A DNA stretch of 36,042 nt from an uncultured Parabacteroides sp. (GCA_944323815.1 CALUTX010000001.1:1-36042), one strand, 5' to 3'; counted from the stretch's first letter, positions 1 through 9,296 are shown. The notes: generated by a model from the letters alone, not told the origin. Program-made: numbers and translations.

Positions 1-1083
1 ATCCACATCACAGACCTTTCATGGGGCCGCGTAACGCATCCGGAAGAGATCGTTCAGTTAGACCAGAAAATCAACGTGGTTATCCTCGACTTCGACGACG
101 AGAAGAAACGGATTGCACTTGGTTTGAAGCAGTTGACACCGCATCCTTGGGACGCTTTGGATCCGAATTTGAAAGTTGGCGACAAAGTAAAAGGAAAAGT
201 TGTTGTCATGGCAGATTACGGTGCATTTGTCGAGATCGCTCCGGGCGTAGAAGGATTAATCCACGTTTCCGAAATGTCTTGGACACAGCACTTGCGTTCG
301 GCTCAAGATTTCATGAAGGTAGGCGACGAAGTGGAAGCTGTTATCTTGACCTTGGATCGCGAAGAGCGTAAAATGTCGCTGGGTATCAAGCAGCTGAAAC
401 CGGATCCATGGGAGCATATCGAAGAACGTTTCCCGGTTGGTTCACGCCACATGGCCAAAGTTCGCAACTTCACCAACTTCGGCGTATTTGTTGAAATCGA
501 AGAGGGTGTCGACGGTTTGATTCACATTTCCGATTTGTCTTGGACGAAGAAAATCAAACATCCGTCTGAATTCACACAAATCGGTGCAGACATCGAAGTT
601 CAGGTATTGGAAATCGACAAGGAAAACCGCCGCTTGAGCTTAGGTCACAAACAATTGGAAGAAAATCCTTGGGACGTATTCGAAACAATCTTTACGGTTG
701 GTTCTATCCACGAAGGAACAATCATCGAAATGTTGGATAAAGGGGCTGTCGTTTCGTTGCCTTATGGCGTAGAAGGTTTCGCAACTCCGAAACACCTGAT
801 CAAAGAAGACGGTTCGCAAGCTCAGGTAGATGAGAAATTGCCGTTCAAGGTTATCGAATTCAACAAAGAAACCAAGCGCATCATCCTTTCTCACAGCCGC
901 GTTTTCGAAGACGAACAGAAGAGCGTAAAGAAAGAGGCTGGCGAAAAGAAATCTTCGTCTAAACGCGCAAGCAAGAAAGAAGACGAAACTCCGATTTTGA
1001 CCGGTACAGTTGAAAAAACAACATTGGGCGACATCGAAGAGTTGGCCGCACTGAAAGAAAAACTCTCAGGAAAACAATCCTAA
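1..1083 (+). CDS. rpsA: 30S ribosomal protein S1, 5'-truncated by window edge
   Basis: Frame 1 is open from base 1 (IHITDLSWGRVTHPEE...). It has repeated S1 domains (YGAFVEIAPGVEGLIHVSEMSW; FGVFVEIEEGVDGLIHISDLSW) and the Bacteroidetes C-terminus EKTTLGDIEELAALKEKL. Confidence 0.98.
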   Translation: MHITDLSWGRVTHPEEIVQLDQKINVVILDFDDEKKRIALGLKQLTPHPWDALDPNLKVGDKVKGKVVVMADYGAFVEIAPGVEGLIHVSEMSWTQHLRSAQDFMKVGDEVEAVILTLDREERKMSLGIKQLKPDPWEHIEERFPVGSRHMAKVRNFTNFGVFVEIEEGVDGLIHISDLSWTKKIKHPSEFTQIGADIEVQVLEIDKENRRLSLGHKQLEENPWDVFETIFTVGSIHEGTIIEMLDKGAVVSLPYGVEGFATPKHLIKEDGSQAQVDEKLPFKVIEFNKETKRIILSHSRVFEDEQKSVKKEAGEKKSSSKRASKKEDETPILTGTVEKTTLGDIEELAALKEKLSGKQS

Positions 1084-1105
1084 GAAACAAACGTTTCCTC
1101 TAAAT

Positions 1106-1144
1106 AAAAAGGAGATGTCCGCGCGTCGGATATCTCCTTTTTTT
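1106..1144. terminator. Bidirectional intrinsic terminator between rpsA and the convergent small ORF
   Basis: AAAAAGGAGATGTCC-gcgcgtc-GGATATCTCCTTTTTTT: a stem with A and T runs on both sides. Confidence 0.9.
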
Positions 1145-1197
1145 GTGTGTACCATAAAACGGGTACGGGATTTGGAAAAACTATCAAAAGCAGCTTC

Positions 1198-1413
1198 TTA
1201 TTCTGCCTCCCCGACTCTTTCCAGCAAAGCATTTATTTCCTGCCGCTTGTCCAAGTCTGTAAAATAGGTTTCCACTACTTTGTAGATGTCAAAACCGTCC
1301 GTCGAACCGGCAGCCAGCCCTAACGATTCTACCAATTTACCCGTTGCTTTCCGAATTTCATCTTTGTTGATCAAATGAAACTCATTACTGTGGATTAATC
1401 TACTTTGTCCCAT
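1198..1413 (-). CDS. Small hypothetical protein (71 aa)
   Basis: ATG start behind an AT-rich leader, protein-like composition, and fills the gap between the rpsA terminator and the rprY terminator. No family recognised. Confidence 0.7.
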   Translation of the reverse strand: MGQSRLIHSNEFHLINKDEIRKATGKLVESLGLAAGSTDGFDIYKVVETYFTDLDKRQEINALLERVGEAE

Positions 1414-1589
1414 GATGCCCTAAGTTTAAAGTTATACTTCATATTCATTCTTCCTGCAAAAAGGAGCTTTTCTATTTCTCCTCTTTGTTTGGAGCACTAA
1501 ATATACGAACAACCTTCGAACTTTTACACTTTTCTGCGATTTATTTTTACAGAATCATGAAAAAAACATGACAATCCCATTAAATGCAC

Positions 1590-1630
1590 AAAAAAATCCC
1601 CGAATCCTATCTTGGGATAGCATCCGGGGA
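1590..1630 (-). terminator. Intrinsic terminator of rprX-rprY
   Basis: TCCCCGAATCCTATC-ttgg-GATAGCATCCGGGGA imperfect stem. The adjacent A-run reads as a U-tract on the minus strand, ~20 nt past the rprY stop. Confidence 0.75.
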
Positions 1631-1648
1631 AACACAAATAGTCAAATC

Positions 1649-2380
1649 TTAAATCACTTGAATGCCTTCTTCACGGTTCGAGTCTTCGCCCGAAGGAGTA
1701 ATCAATTTATAACCCTTGCCGTGAATGTTGATAATTTCGATTCCTGGATCGTCTCTCAACAGTTTACGTAGCTTTGTGATGTACACGTCCATGCTGCGTG
1801 CATTGAAATAATTGTCGTCCACCCAGATGGTTTTCAACGCATAATTCCGTTCCAAGATTTCATTGGCATGTGCGCACAGAAGGCTCAGCAATTCGCACTC
1901 CTTCGTGGTCAGCTTCGTTACCTTCTCGCCGATTGTCAGCGTCTGTTTCTGCGTGTCAAACAAGAAATTACCCAATTTGTAGTAAGGTATATCTTTCATC
2001 TTCTTACCTTTCACGCGGCGCAAAATAGCCTCGATACGCAACAACAACTCTTCCATGCTGAACGGTTTGGTCAGATAATCGTCCGCACCAATCTTGAAAC
2101 CTTCCAAAATATCTTCTTTCATCGTTTTAGCCGTCAAGAAGATAATTGGAATATCCGGATTCACAGACCGAATCTCCTGTGCCAATGTGAAGCCATCTTT
2201 CTTCGGCATCATCACATCCAACACACACAGATCATATTTGCCTTTGGTAAAACCTTTGTAACCGGCTTCTCCGTCAGAGAAAAGATCCGTTACATACCCT
2301 TTTGCCTGCAGGTATTCTCTCAATAACATACCTAAATTCTCGTCGTCTTCGCAAAAGAAGATCTTCAATTTTTCTTCCAT
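1649..2380 (-). CDS. rprY: OmpR-family DNA-binding response regulator RprY
   Basis: Receiver domain (EDDENL, LDVMMPKKDG, FLTAK, GADDYLTKPF) plus winged helix (RSMDVYITKLRK...IHGKGY). The MEEKLKIFFCEDDENLGMLL start is typical of Bacteroidales RprY. Confidence 0.93.
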   Translation of the reverse strand: MEEKLKIFFCEDDENLGMLLREYLQAKGYVTDLFSDGEAGYKGFTKGKYDLCVLDVMMPKKDGFTLAQEIRSVNPDIPIIFLTAKTMKEDILEGFKIGADDYLTKPFSMEELLLRIEAILRRVKGKKMKDIPYYKLGNFLFDTQKQTLTIGEKVTKLTTKECELLSLLCAHANEILERNYALKTIWVDDNYFNARSMDVYITKLRKLLRDDPGIEIINIHGKGYKLITPSGEDSNREEGIQVI

Positions 2381-2382
2381 AA

Positions 2383-3933
2383 CTAACTTTTTATAAGAGG
2401 TAAAGTAATAATAAATTTCGTTCCTACATTTCCTGCCCCATTTTCAGCCCGAATCGAGCCTTTATGGTCTTCCACTATTTTACGGACGTAAGCAAGCCCA
2501 AGCCCGAATCCTTTCACGTCATGCACATTGCCCGTCGGCACGCGGAAAAAGCGGTCGAACACCTTTTTCAGGTACTCCTTCTTGATGCCGATACCGTTAT
2601 CTTCTATCGAAATCAACAATTTGCCATTCTCGTTCCACGTCCTGCACATCAACGTCAGCGGCACGTCCAAACGACGATATTTCACAGCGTTGTCCAGCAA
2701 GTTGAACATGACGTTCGTGATATGCATCTCGTCCACATAAATGCCCGACTCTTCTGCCTGCAAGTCAATATCAATCGTTCCGCCATATTTCTCCACTTTC
2801 AAAGCGAACGTATTCGCCACATTCGCCAGCAAGTCGTTTGCATCAATCTCTTTCAACTTCAACGTCGCTTTCTGACGTTCGAACAACGACATCTGCAGCA
2901 CCTTCTCTACCAAGAAACTCAGCCGTTTGGTTTCGTCGTTGATGACACCCGATATGTGTTTGAACACGTCCGGACTCTTTGTTATATCCGAATCCTTCAA
3001 CATCTGCGCAGCCAAAGAGATGGTCGAAACCGGCGTCTTCAGCTCATGCGTCATGTTGTTGATAAAGTCGTTTTTCATCTCCGAGAGTTTTTTCTGCCGG
3101 AAGACGATGTAAATCGTAAAAATAAACGTCACCAACAGAATCACCGAGAAAATGATAGACGGGACCACGAATGTCACCGAACTTGAAATGTAATCCCCCT
3201 TTGTCGGGAAATAGACTTTCAAATAATTCAACTTGGAAGGCGGGTCATTCGGAAACAGCACCTGCGTAATGACGTCCGATACTTGCGGCATTTCTCCGCT
3301 GGAATAAACCATCTTCCCGTCTTTGTCAATCACCGCAAAAACAAACGGCAAATTCAACCCGTTATTGAGAAATTCCGCCTTCAAATAGTTGTTTAGCTTT
3401 TTGAAGTCGACCCGTTCGCTAATAGGTTTCAGGTTGGCCGTGTACAAAATGTTCAATATAACCTCATTGAGCATACCGCTCTGATAGAGGTAACGGTCTT
3501 TCAACGTCTGCTGCAAACTTTTGGAGTTGCGGACGATGCTTTCCAATTGATTGCCGTTGGTTGAAGCCGCCGGTTCGCGTTTACGTATCCGGATGTCGCT
3601 GTGAAACTCGATGTGCTTGATTGTCCCGTCCGGAGTCGTAAAAAATATCCGGTGCTTCTCGCCGGAAATCAGGTCGTTATTCAGTTCGCTCTGATTGCTC
3701 TGTCGGAGGTATTGGCGCGCATCGTCTTGGCTCACTTCCTCCTCCAGATAACGGCGCGTCTCGTCCTGCTCCAAGGTTTTCGCCACCTGATGCAACGAAC
3801 GCTTTACCGTTTCGTTAAATTGCTCGCTACTCTTTTTCAGGATAATACTTACGTATTGCAACTGTAAAAAGAGCAATCCGGCAAAGGCAAAAGCCATCAC
3901 CACCGCAAGCAACCAAATAGTAGACTTCTTCAT
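2383..3933 (-). CDS. rprX: Sensor histidine kinase RprX
   Basis: Two TM segments, H-box FINNMTHELKTP, N-box NLLDNAVKY, G1 DNGIGI and G2 GFGLGL; lies directly upstream of rprY. Confidence 0.92.
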   Translation of the reverse strand: MKKSTIWLLAVVMAFAFAGLLFLQLQYVSIILKKSSEQFNETVKRSLHQVAKTLEQDETRRYLEEEVSQDDARQYLRQSNQSELNNDLISGEKHRIFFTTPDGTIKHIEFHSDIRIRKREPAASTNGNQLESIVRNSKSLQQTLKDRYLYQSGMLNEVILNILYTANLKPISERVDFKKLNNYLKAEFLNNGLNLPFVFAVIDKDGKMVYSSGEMPQVSDVITQVLFPNDPPSKLNYLKVYFPTKGDYISSSVTFVVPSIIFSVILLVTFIFTIYIVFRQKKLSEMKNDFINNMTHELKTPVSTISLAAQMLKDSDITKSPDVFKHISGVINDETKRLSFLVEKVLQMSLFERQKATLKLKEIDANDLLANVANTFALKVEKYGGTIDIDLQAEESGIYVDEMHITNVMFNLLDNAVKYRRLDVPLTLMCRTWNENGKLLISIEDNGIGIKKEYLKKVFDRFFRVPTGNVHDVKGFGLGLAYVRKIVEDHKGSIRAENGAGNVGTKFIITLPLIKS

Positions 3934-4044
3934 ATCAATCGAACTCCTTTCTTTAACACAACAAATAACGCACCTTTTAGTTTAATATTCACACAAAAAA
4001 TGTAAAAACAAAATCTCGTTGAGTTAAAAAAAGTGTCTGCCGGT

Positions 4045-4150
4045 AAATCAAAAGTTTCCTCGGCAAGAAACTCTCGTTTCACTGGCAGGAAACTTTTGTT
4101 CCATTAGCAAGAAACTTTTGTTTCACCCCGAGGAAACTCCTGAAACTTTT
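4045..4150. repeat. 22-bp-period array of palindromic GAAAC-N4-GTTTC units (REP-like), copy 1
   Basis: Units start at 4045 (degenerate), 4067, 4089, 4111 and 4133 (partial), e.g. GAAACTCTCGTTTC and GAAACTTTTGTTTC, with 8-bp variable spacers. Confidence 0.85.
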
Positions 4151-4254
4151 GTATGTCAGTTACGTTTTCTTGGCAGCGGGCAAAATTCAACCACAAAACG
4201 CATTCATTTACAGAAAAACTTCCGCAGAGCGCACCTACTTTTCATTATTCATTT

Positions 4255-4262
4255 TATCTTTG
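4255..4262 (+). promoter_or_regulatory. Bacteroidetes -7 promoter element for glsA-glsB
   Basis: TATCTTTG matches TAnnTTTG, 22 nt upstream of ATG 4285. Confidence 0.65.
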
Positions 4263-4284
4263 TCTCCTGTAAAAGCTATGCAGA

Positions 4285-5112
4285 ATGACAGCAGAAAGCA
4301 TCACACAGATAGACATTCAACAAGTCTTGCGGCAAAAAGCCCCATCGGCGGCCCGGAAGATTCCGCAGTTTGTGATAAACTATCTGACACGTACCATTCA
4401 TCAAGACGAGCTGAACGACATTCTCCGCCGTTATCATGACAAGAACGGGGTGGCTTTCATGCAGGAACTGATTGGTTATTTCGATTTGCATTTGGTGCTG
4501 GAAAACGAGTCGAACATCCCGACCGAAGGACGTTACATCTTTGCCTCCAACCATCCGCTGGGCGGAGTGGACGGCATCTGCCTCTCGGCTATCATCGGGA
4601 AACGCTTCAACGGCAACATCCGTTACCTCGTAAACGACCTGCTGCTCTACCTTACGAATCTGCGTTCCATCTTCGTCCCCATCAACAAACATGGCGCGCA
4701 GGGCAAGTACAATGCCCGGCTGATTGAGGAGGCGTATGCTTCAGACAATCAGATTATCACTTTCCCGGCCGGTCTTTGTTCGCGCAAACAGCATGGGAAG
4801 GTCGAAGACATCGAATGGAAAAAATCTTTTATCCAGAAAGCTGTCGAGTATCAGCGGGATGTTGTCCCGGTTTTCTTTGATGGGAAAAATTCCAATTTCT
4901 TTTATCGGATTGCCCGTTTGCGGAAGGCTTTAGGCATTCGGATGAATTATGAAATGATTTATCTGCCGGACGAAATGTTTAAAAGCAAACACAAGACATT
5001 CCATATTTATTTCGGACGCCCCATTCCTTGGCAGACGTTTACTGACGGCCGCAAACCGGTCGAATGGGCGCAAGAGGTAAAAGAGTTGGTTTATAATTTA
5101 AGGAATCAATAG
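4285..5112 (+). CDS. glsA: PlsC-family O-acyltransferase, GlsA-like (glycine lipid synthesis)
   Basis: NHPLGGVDG (HX4D) and FPAG acyltransferase motifs. Sits upstream of an OlsB-type N-acyltransferase as in the Bacteroides glsA-glsB pair. Confidence 0.8.
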   Translation: MTAESITQIDIQQVLRQKAPSAARKIPQFVINYLTRTIHQDELNDILRRYHDKNGVAFMQELIGYFDLHLVLENESNIPTEGRYIFASNHPLGGVDGICLSAIIGKRFNGNIRYLVNDLLLYLTNLRSIFVPINKHGAQGKYNARLIEEAYASDNQIITFPAGLCSRKQHGKVEDIEWKKSFIQKAVEYQRDVVPVFFDGKNSNFFYRIARLRKALGIRMNYEMIYLPDEMFKSKHKTFHIYFGRPIPWQTFTDGRKPVEWAQEVKELVYNLRNQ

Positions 5113-5123
5113 TTTGATTAGAT

Positions 5124-6092
5124 ATGCAAGACATTATTAAACCCATAGACCGTTCGCTTCTGAAAGCAGAACTGACTCCTGAAAAAAGACTTCGGAAGAC
5201 GAACAAATCTGATAACGAAATCTATATCATCACAGCCGAAGACTCTCCACACGTCATGCAAGAAATTGGCCGATTACGGGAAATTGCCTTCCGCTATTAC
5301 GGAGGCGGCACGGGAAAGGCTCTTGACATCGATGCCTTCGACATCATGGAAGATGCTTACAGGCAACTGATTGTCTGGAGTCCGAAAGAGGAACAGATAT
5401 TGGGCGGATACCGTTTTCTCTGTGGTTCGGACGTCCGTTTTGATTCCGACGGGAAACCGATTCTGGCGACGTCGCATTTGTTCGATTTCTCACCGAAGTT
5501 CATCCGTGACTATCTGCCGTATACGGTGGAGCTGGGGCGTTCGTTCGTCACGTTGGAATATCAATCGACCCGTTGCCGCAATGCCAAAGGGCTGTTCGTA
5601 TTAGACAATTTGTGGGACGGGCTTGGGGCGTTGTCCGTCATCGACCCCAGTTTGCAATATTTCTTCGGAAAGGTCACCATGTATAATACATACAATCCGG
5701 AGGCTCGTAACATGATTCTCTACTTCCTGAACATGCACTTCCCCGACCCGGAACATTTAATCACGCCGATTTATCCACTGGAAACCGACACGGACATCGA
5801 AAAGATGCAAGCGCTTTTCAGATATGACAATTTTAAAGACAATTATAAAGTGCTGAACCAAGAGGTGCGCAAATTCGGCATCAACGTTCCGCCGTTGGTC
5901 AATGCCTACATGAGTCTTTCGCCAAAAATGCGCGTATTCGGCACGGCCATCAATCATGAATTTGGCGAGGTGGAAGAAACCGGCATCTTGATTGCCATCA
6001 ATGAGATTCTGGAAGAAAAGAAGAAACGGCACATCGAAACATACCTGAACGAAGAGTGGAAATCGGCCACTTTGATCCGAAAGGCAGAGTAA
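5124..6092 (+). CDS. glsB: GNAT/OlsB-type N-acyltransferase, GlsB-like (glycine lipid/commendamide synthesis; often mis-annotated as hemolysin)
   Basis: EIGRLREIAFR, GGYR, VELGRSFV..EYQ and PPLVNAY motifs of the Acetyltransf_5 family; operonic with the acyltransferase. Confidence 0.82.
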   Translation: MQDIIKPIDRSLLKAELTPEKRLRKTNKSDNEIYIITAEDSPHVMQEIGRLREIAFRYYGGGTGKALDIDAFDIMEDAYRQLIVWSPKEEQILGGYRFLCGSDVRFDSDGKPILATSHLFDFSPKFIRDYLPYTVELGRSFVTLEYQSTRCRNAKGLFVLDNLWDGLGALSVIDPSLQYFFGKVTMYNTYNPEARNMILYFLNMHFPDPEHLITPIYPLETDTDIEKMQALFRYDNFKDNYKVLNQEVRKFGINVPPLVNAYMSLSPKMRVFGTAINHEFGEVEETGILIAINEILEEKKKRHIETYLNEEWKSATLIRKAE

Positions 6093-6098
6093 AGACGA

Positions 6099-6683
6099 TT
6101 ATTCGCCGTTCCGTTGCTTTTCCCATTCGGTTGCAACCGTCTCAAGCGTGTCGTACCATGCCTGTCCGAAACGACGGATTAATGGCTCTTTCAGGAAGCG
6201 AAACACCGGAAGATTGGCTTGTTCTCCCATCAGTTCGGCTGCTTTACATACGTTCCAGCGATGATAATTGAGCGCATAGAATGTGCCGTAATCCGTTACG
6301 CGAATCGGATACAAGTGGCAAGAAACCGGCTTATAAAACGCCAGTTTGCCTGCACGAAAGGCTTTCTCTATGGCGCATTTGCAGGTTCCATCTGCGTCAT
6401 AACAAGTAAATACGCAATCCTTCCCGTTGACGATAGAGGTCACCAAATCGCCATCTTCGTCCCGATAAGCCACGCCTTGCTCCCGAATCACATCTTGCGC
6501 TTCAGGCGAAAGGTCGTCCCAAATAACCGGTAGAGCCCTCTCCAATTCTGCGACTTCTTCTTCCAATAAAGGCGCTCCCGAATCACCTTCCACGCAGCAT
6601 ATTCCTTTGCACTTCGAAAGATCACACAAGAACTTACGCTCAACAATATCGAGGCTAACTAAGGTGTTATCAATTTGAATCAT
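6099..6683 (-). CDS. DUF3109 family Cys-rich protein
   Basis: FLCDLSKCKGICCVEGDSGAPL, DCVFT and KPVSCHLYPIR motifs. Confidence 0.88.
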   Translation of the reverse strand: MIQIDNTLVSLDIVERKFLCDLSKCKGICCVEGDSGAPLLEEEVAELERALPVIWDDLSPEAQDVIREQGVAYRDEDGDLVTSIVNGKDCVFTCYDADGTCKCAIEKAFRAGKLAFYKPVSCHLYPIRVTDYGTFYALNYHRWNVCKAAELMGEQANLPVFRFLKEPLIRRFGQAWYDTLETVATEWEKQRNGE

Positions 6684-6714
6684 ACTTTTTAAATTGAGAA
6701 TTGAAGTATAAAAA

Positions 6715-6808
6715 AACGCAGATTACACAGACAGAACAGATGGACGCAGATAATTTATTGACAAATCAAAAATCTGCGTCCATCCGACTTATCTATGTTA
6801 TCTGCGTT
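6715..6808. repeat. Long imperfect intergenic palindrome built from ACGCAGAT units
   Basis: AACGCAGATTACACAGA...GATGGACGCAGAT (6715-6751) pairs with ATCTGCGTCCATC...TGTTATCTGCGTT (6772-6808). Confidence 0.8.
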
Positions 6809-6818
6809 CCCTTATTAC

Positions 6819-8333
6819 TTAATGAATTAAATTATTTCCATTCATCTCCTTCGGTTGCGGCATTCCCATGATATGCAAAATAGAAGGAGCGACATCGGCT
6901 AATACACCATTCTCCACTTTTGCATCTTTATTCTCCGTCACATACACGAATGGAACCGGATTTAAAGAATGGGCCGTATTGGGCGTTCCGTCTGCATTCA
7001 ACGCATGGTCTGCATTTCCGTGATCGGCAATGATGATAACTTCATACCCATTTGCCTTGGCTGCTTCCACCGTGTCGCGTACACAGTTGTCGATTGCAAC
7101 GACCGCCTTCTCTATGGCGCTATAAACACCCGTATGTCCCACCATGTCGCCGTTCGCATAATTGACGACAATGAAATCATATTTCTGCGTGTTGATGGCT
7201 TCCACCAATTTGTCTTTTACCTCGTAAGCACTCATCTCCGGCTTCAAATCGTAAGTCGGCACTTTCGGGCTGGGAACCAAGATACGGTCTTCACCTGCAT
7301 AAGGAGTTTCACGACCACCGTTGAAGAAGAAAGTCACATGCGCATATTTCTCCGTTTCTGCGATATGCAACTGCGTTTTGCCACTGTTGGAAAGATATTC
7401 GCCAAGCGTATTCTCCACATTTTCCTTGTCAAACAAGATATGCACACCTTTGAAAGAGGCATCATAAGGTGTCATGCAATAATATTGCAGGTTCGGGAGG
7501 GTGTGCATACCCTGTTCCGGCATATCCTGCTGCGTCAGGACAATTGTCAATTCCTTCGCGCGGTCGTTGCGGTAATTGAAGAAAATCACCACGTCGCCGG
7601 GCTTAATCGTTCCATCCACCATTGCATTATTAATCGGCTTGATAAATTCGTCCGTCACGCCTTCGTCGTATGACTCTTGCATGGCCTGCACCATGTCTGT
7701 TGCCTGCTTTCCTTTGCCTTCGACCAGCAAATCATAGGCTTCCTTCACACGCTCCCAACGTTTGTCACGATCCATCGCATAGAAACGTCCTACGATTGAA
7801 GCGATTTTACCGGCAGATTTGGCGCAATGTGCCGTCAGTTGCTCGATGAATCCTTTACCACTTTGCGGGTCGGTGTCCCGGCCATCCATAAAGCAATGAA
7901 TATAGGTGTTCGCAATGCCGTATTCCTTTGCGATGTCGCACAGCTTGAACAAATGATCCAGTGAACTATGAACACCACCGTTGGAAGTCAATCCCATGAA
8001 ATGCAAATTGACAGCCTTCTCTTTGGCGTATGAAAAAGCCGACACGATTTCCGGATTCTGCATGATGCTGTTGTCCGCACATGCCCGGTTGATTTTCACC
8101 AAATCCTGATAGACAATACGTCCGGCGCCGATATTTAAATGCCCGACCTCAGAGTTCCCCATCTGTCCGTCCGGCAATCCGACGTTTTCACCGCTTGCCT
8201 GCAACTGCGAATGAGGATAATGAGCCAACAAACTATCCCAATAAGGAGTAGGTGTATTGAAAATCACATCATCTTTCTTGTGATCACCGATTCCCCAACC
8301 ATCTAAAATCATTAAAAGGGCTTTCTTACTCAT
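6819..8333 (-). CDS. gpmI: 2,3-bisphosphoglycerate-independent phosphoglycerate mutase
   Basis: [44 protein letters not shown] and ADHGNAD motifs. Confidence 0.98.
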   Translation of the reverse strand: MSKKALLMILDGWGIGDHKKDDVIFNTPTPYWDSLLAHYPHSQLQASGENVGLPDGQMGNSEVGHLNIGAGRIVYQDLVKINRACADNSIMQNPEIVSAFSYAKEKAVNLHFMGLTSNGGVHSSLDHLFKLCDIAKEYGIANTYIHCFMDGRDTDPQSGKGFIEQLTAHCAKSAGKIASIVGRFYAMDRDKRWERVKEAYDLLVEGKGKQATDMVQAMQESYDEGVTDEFIKPINNAMVDGTIKPGDVVIFFNYRNDRAKELTIVLTQQDMPEQGMHTLPNLQYYCMTPYDASFKGVHILFDKENVENTLGEYLSNSGKTQLHIAETEKYAHVTFFFNGGRETPYAGEDRILVPSPKVPTYDLKPEMSAYEVKDKLVEAINTQKYDFIVVNYANGDMVGHTGVYSAIEKAVVAIDNCVRDTVEAAKANGYEVIIIADHGNADHALNADGTPNTAHSLNPVPFVYVTENKDAKVENGVLADVAPSILHIMGMPQPKEMNGNNLIH

Positions 8334-8361
8334 GATTGTTTCTTTTTTTAGTTTCCGGGTG

Positions 8362-8369
8362 CAAAGATA
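8362..8369 (-). promoter_or_regulatory. -7 promoter element for gpmI
   Basis: Plus-strand CAAAGATA reads TATCTTTG on the minus strand, 28 nt upstream of the start. Confidence 0.7.
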
Positions 8370-8381
8370 ATTCTTTTTAAG

Positions 8382-8464
8382 TTGAGAATTGAAAATTGAA
8401 AATTGAGAAATACTTCCCTACCGGGCACAAAGCCATTTTTTAATTCTCAATTCTCAATTTTTAA
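8382..8464. repeat. Inverted pair of 4x7-bp heptamer tandems (TTGAGAA/TTGAAAA versus TTCTCAA/TTTTTAA)
   Basis: Left arm 8382-8409 and right arm 8437-8464. A partial copy AAATTGAGAATTGAA lies at 6691-6705. Confidence 0.8.
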
Positions 8465-8478
8465 TTTATTGAAACCAT

Positions 8479-8486
8479 TACTTTTG
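8479..8486 (+). promoter_or_regulatory. -7 promoter element for the M48/YgjP gene
   Basis: TACTTTTG, 8 nt before ATG 8495, implying a near-leaderless transcript. Confidence 0.6.
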
Positions 8487-8494
8487 CAACTGAT

Positions 8495-9193
8495 ATGGAA
8501 AAGATAGTTCAAGACAAAGTATTGGGCGAAATACGACTCCGCACCAGTCCGCGCGCTGTTCACTACACATTAAAAATATCCAAAGGGAAAATTACGGCGA
8601 CCATGCCAGTCGGCGGCAATGCGACTCGTATGCTTGCTTTCATTCAGGAAAACCGGGCGAAATTGCTCAAAGCCCTTGCCAAACATCCGGCACACCCACT
8701 CTTAACCGACAAAACGGAGATGCAAACAGCTACTTTCCGCCTGCATATCTTCCGCACAGAACGCGAGAACTTCTACATGCGGCTGGAAAACGGCATTTTG
8801 CATATTGCCTGTCCGAAAGAGATTGATTTTGCAGACGAACAGGTTCAAAAAGTATTGAAAGGGCTCATCGAGCAGGCACTCCGCCACGAAGCCCGCCGAA
8901 TACTACCTCAACGGCTGCATCAACTGGCATCCCAACATGGATTTACCTACACGGGCGTCAAAATCTTCAACAGTAAAAGCCACTGGGGTAGTTGCACAGC
9001 CCGCCGAAGCATCAATCTGTCGCTCTCCCTCATGCTGCTCCCTTTTCCCCTCATTGATTACGTACTTCTGCACGAACTTTGCCACACAATCGAGATGAAC
9101 CACAGCGACCGTTTTTGGGCACTGATGGACAAAGTAACCGACGGAAAAGCCCAAACACTAAGAAAGGAGCTGAAAGAGTTTCACATGCTTTGA
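8495..9193 (+). CDS. M48/YgjP (DUF45) family zinc-dependent metallohydrolase
   Basis: KSHWGSC and DYVLLHELCHTIEMNHSDRFW (HExxH...NHS..FW) signature. Confidence 0.9.
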   Translation: MEKIVQDKVLGEIRLRTSPRAVHYTLKISKGKITATMPVGGNATRMLAFIQENRAKLLKALAKHPAHPLLTDKTEMQTATFRLHIFRTERENFYMRLENGILHIACPKEIDFADEQVQKVLKGLIEQALRHEARRILPQRLHQLASQHGFTYTGVKIFNSKSHWGSCTARRSINLSLSLMLLPFPLIDYVLLHELCHTIEMNHSDRFWALMDKVTDGKAQTLRKELKEFHML

Positions 9194-9242
9194 AGATTGT
9201 GCGTAGACCTCCGCTTTCACCCAAGTTTGAAACATGACATAG

Positions 9243-9296
9243 AAAAAGAGGGCAAAATCCGGACAGAAAACACTAAATAACCGGATTTCACCCTCT
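9243..9296. terminator. Hairpin/terminator between convergent M48 gene and speA
   Basis: AGAGGGCAAAATCCGG (9247-9262) pairs with CCGGATTTCACCCTCT (9281-9296). The upstream A-run gives a U-tract for speA. Confidence 0.65.

Noticed and set aside
3950-4030. RprY autoregulatory direct repeats (TTAAC/ATAAC) upstream of rprX
   Set aside because: Spacing is 12 rather than 10-11 bp and the region is AT-rich, so chance matches are likely.
4045-4150. Possible CRISPR array (also 13934-14013, 21179-21264, 34592-34671)
   Set aside because: Spacers are only 4-8 bp, repeats are degenerate and 14-17 bp long, and no cas genes are present.
5124-6092. Hemolysin/toxin call
   Set aside because: Motifs are those of an OlsB/GlsB N-acyltransferase; hemolysis reported for homologs is attributed to the lipid product.
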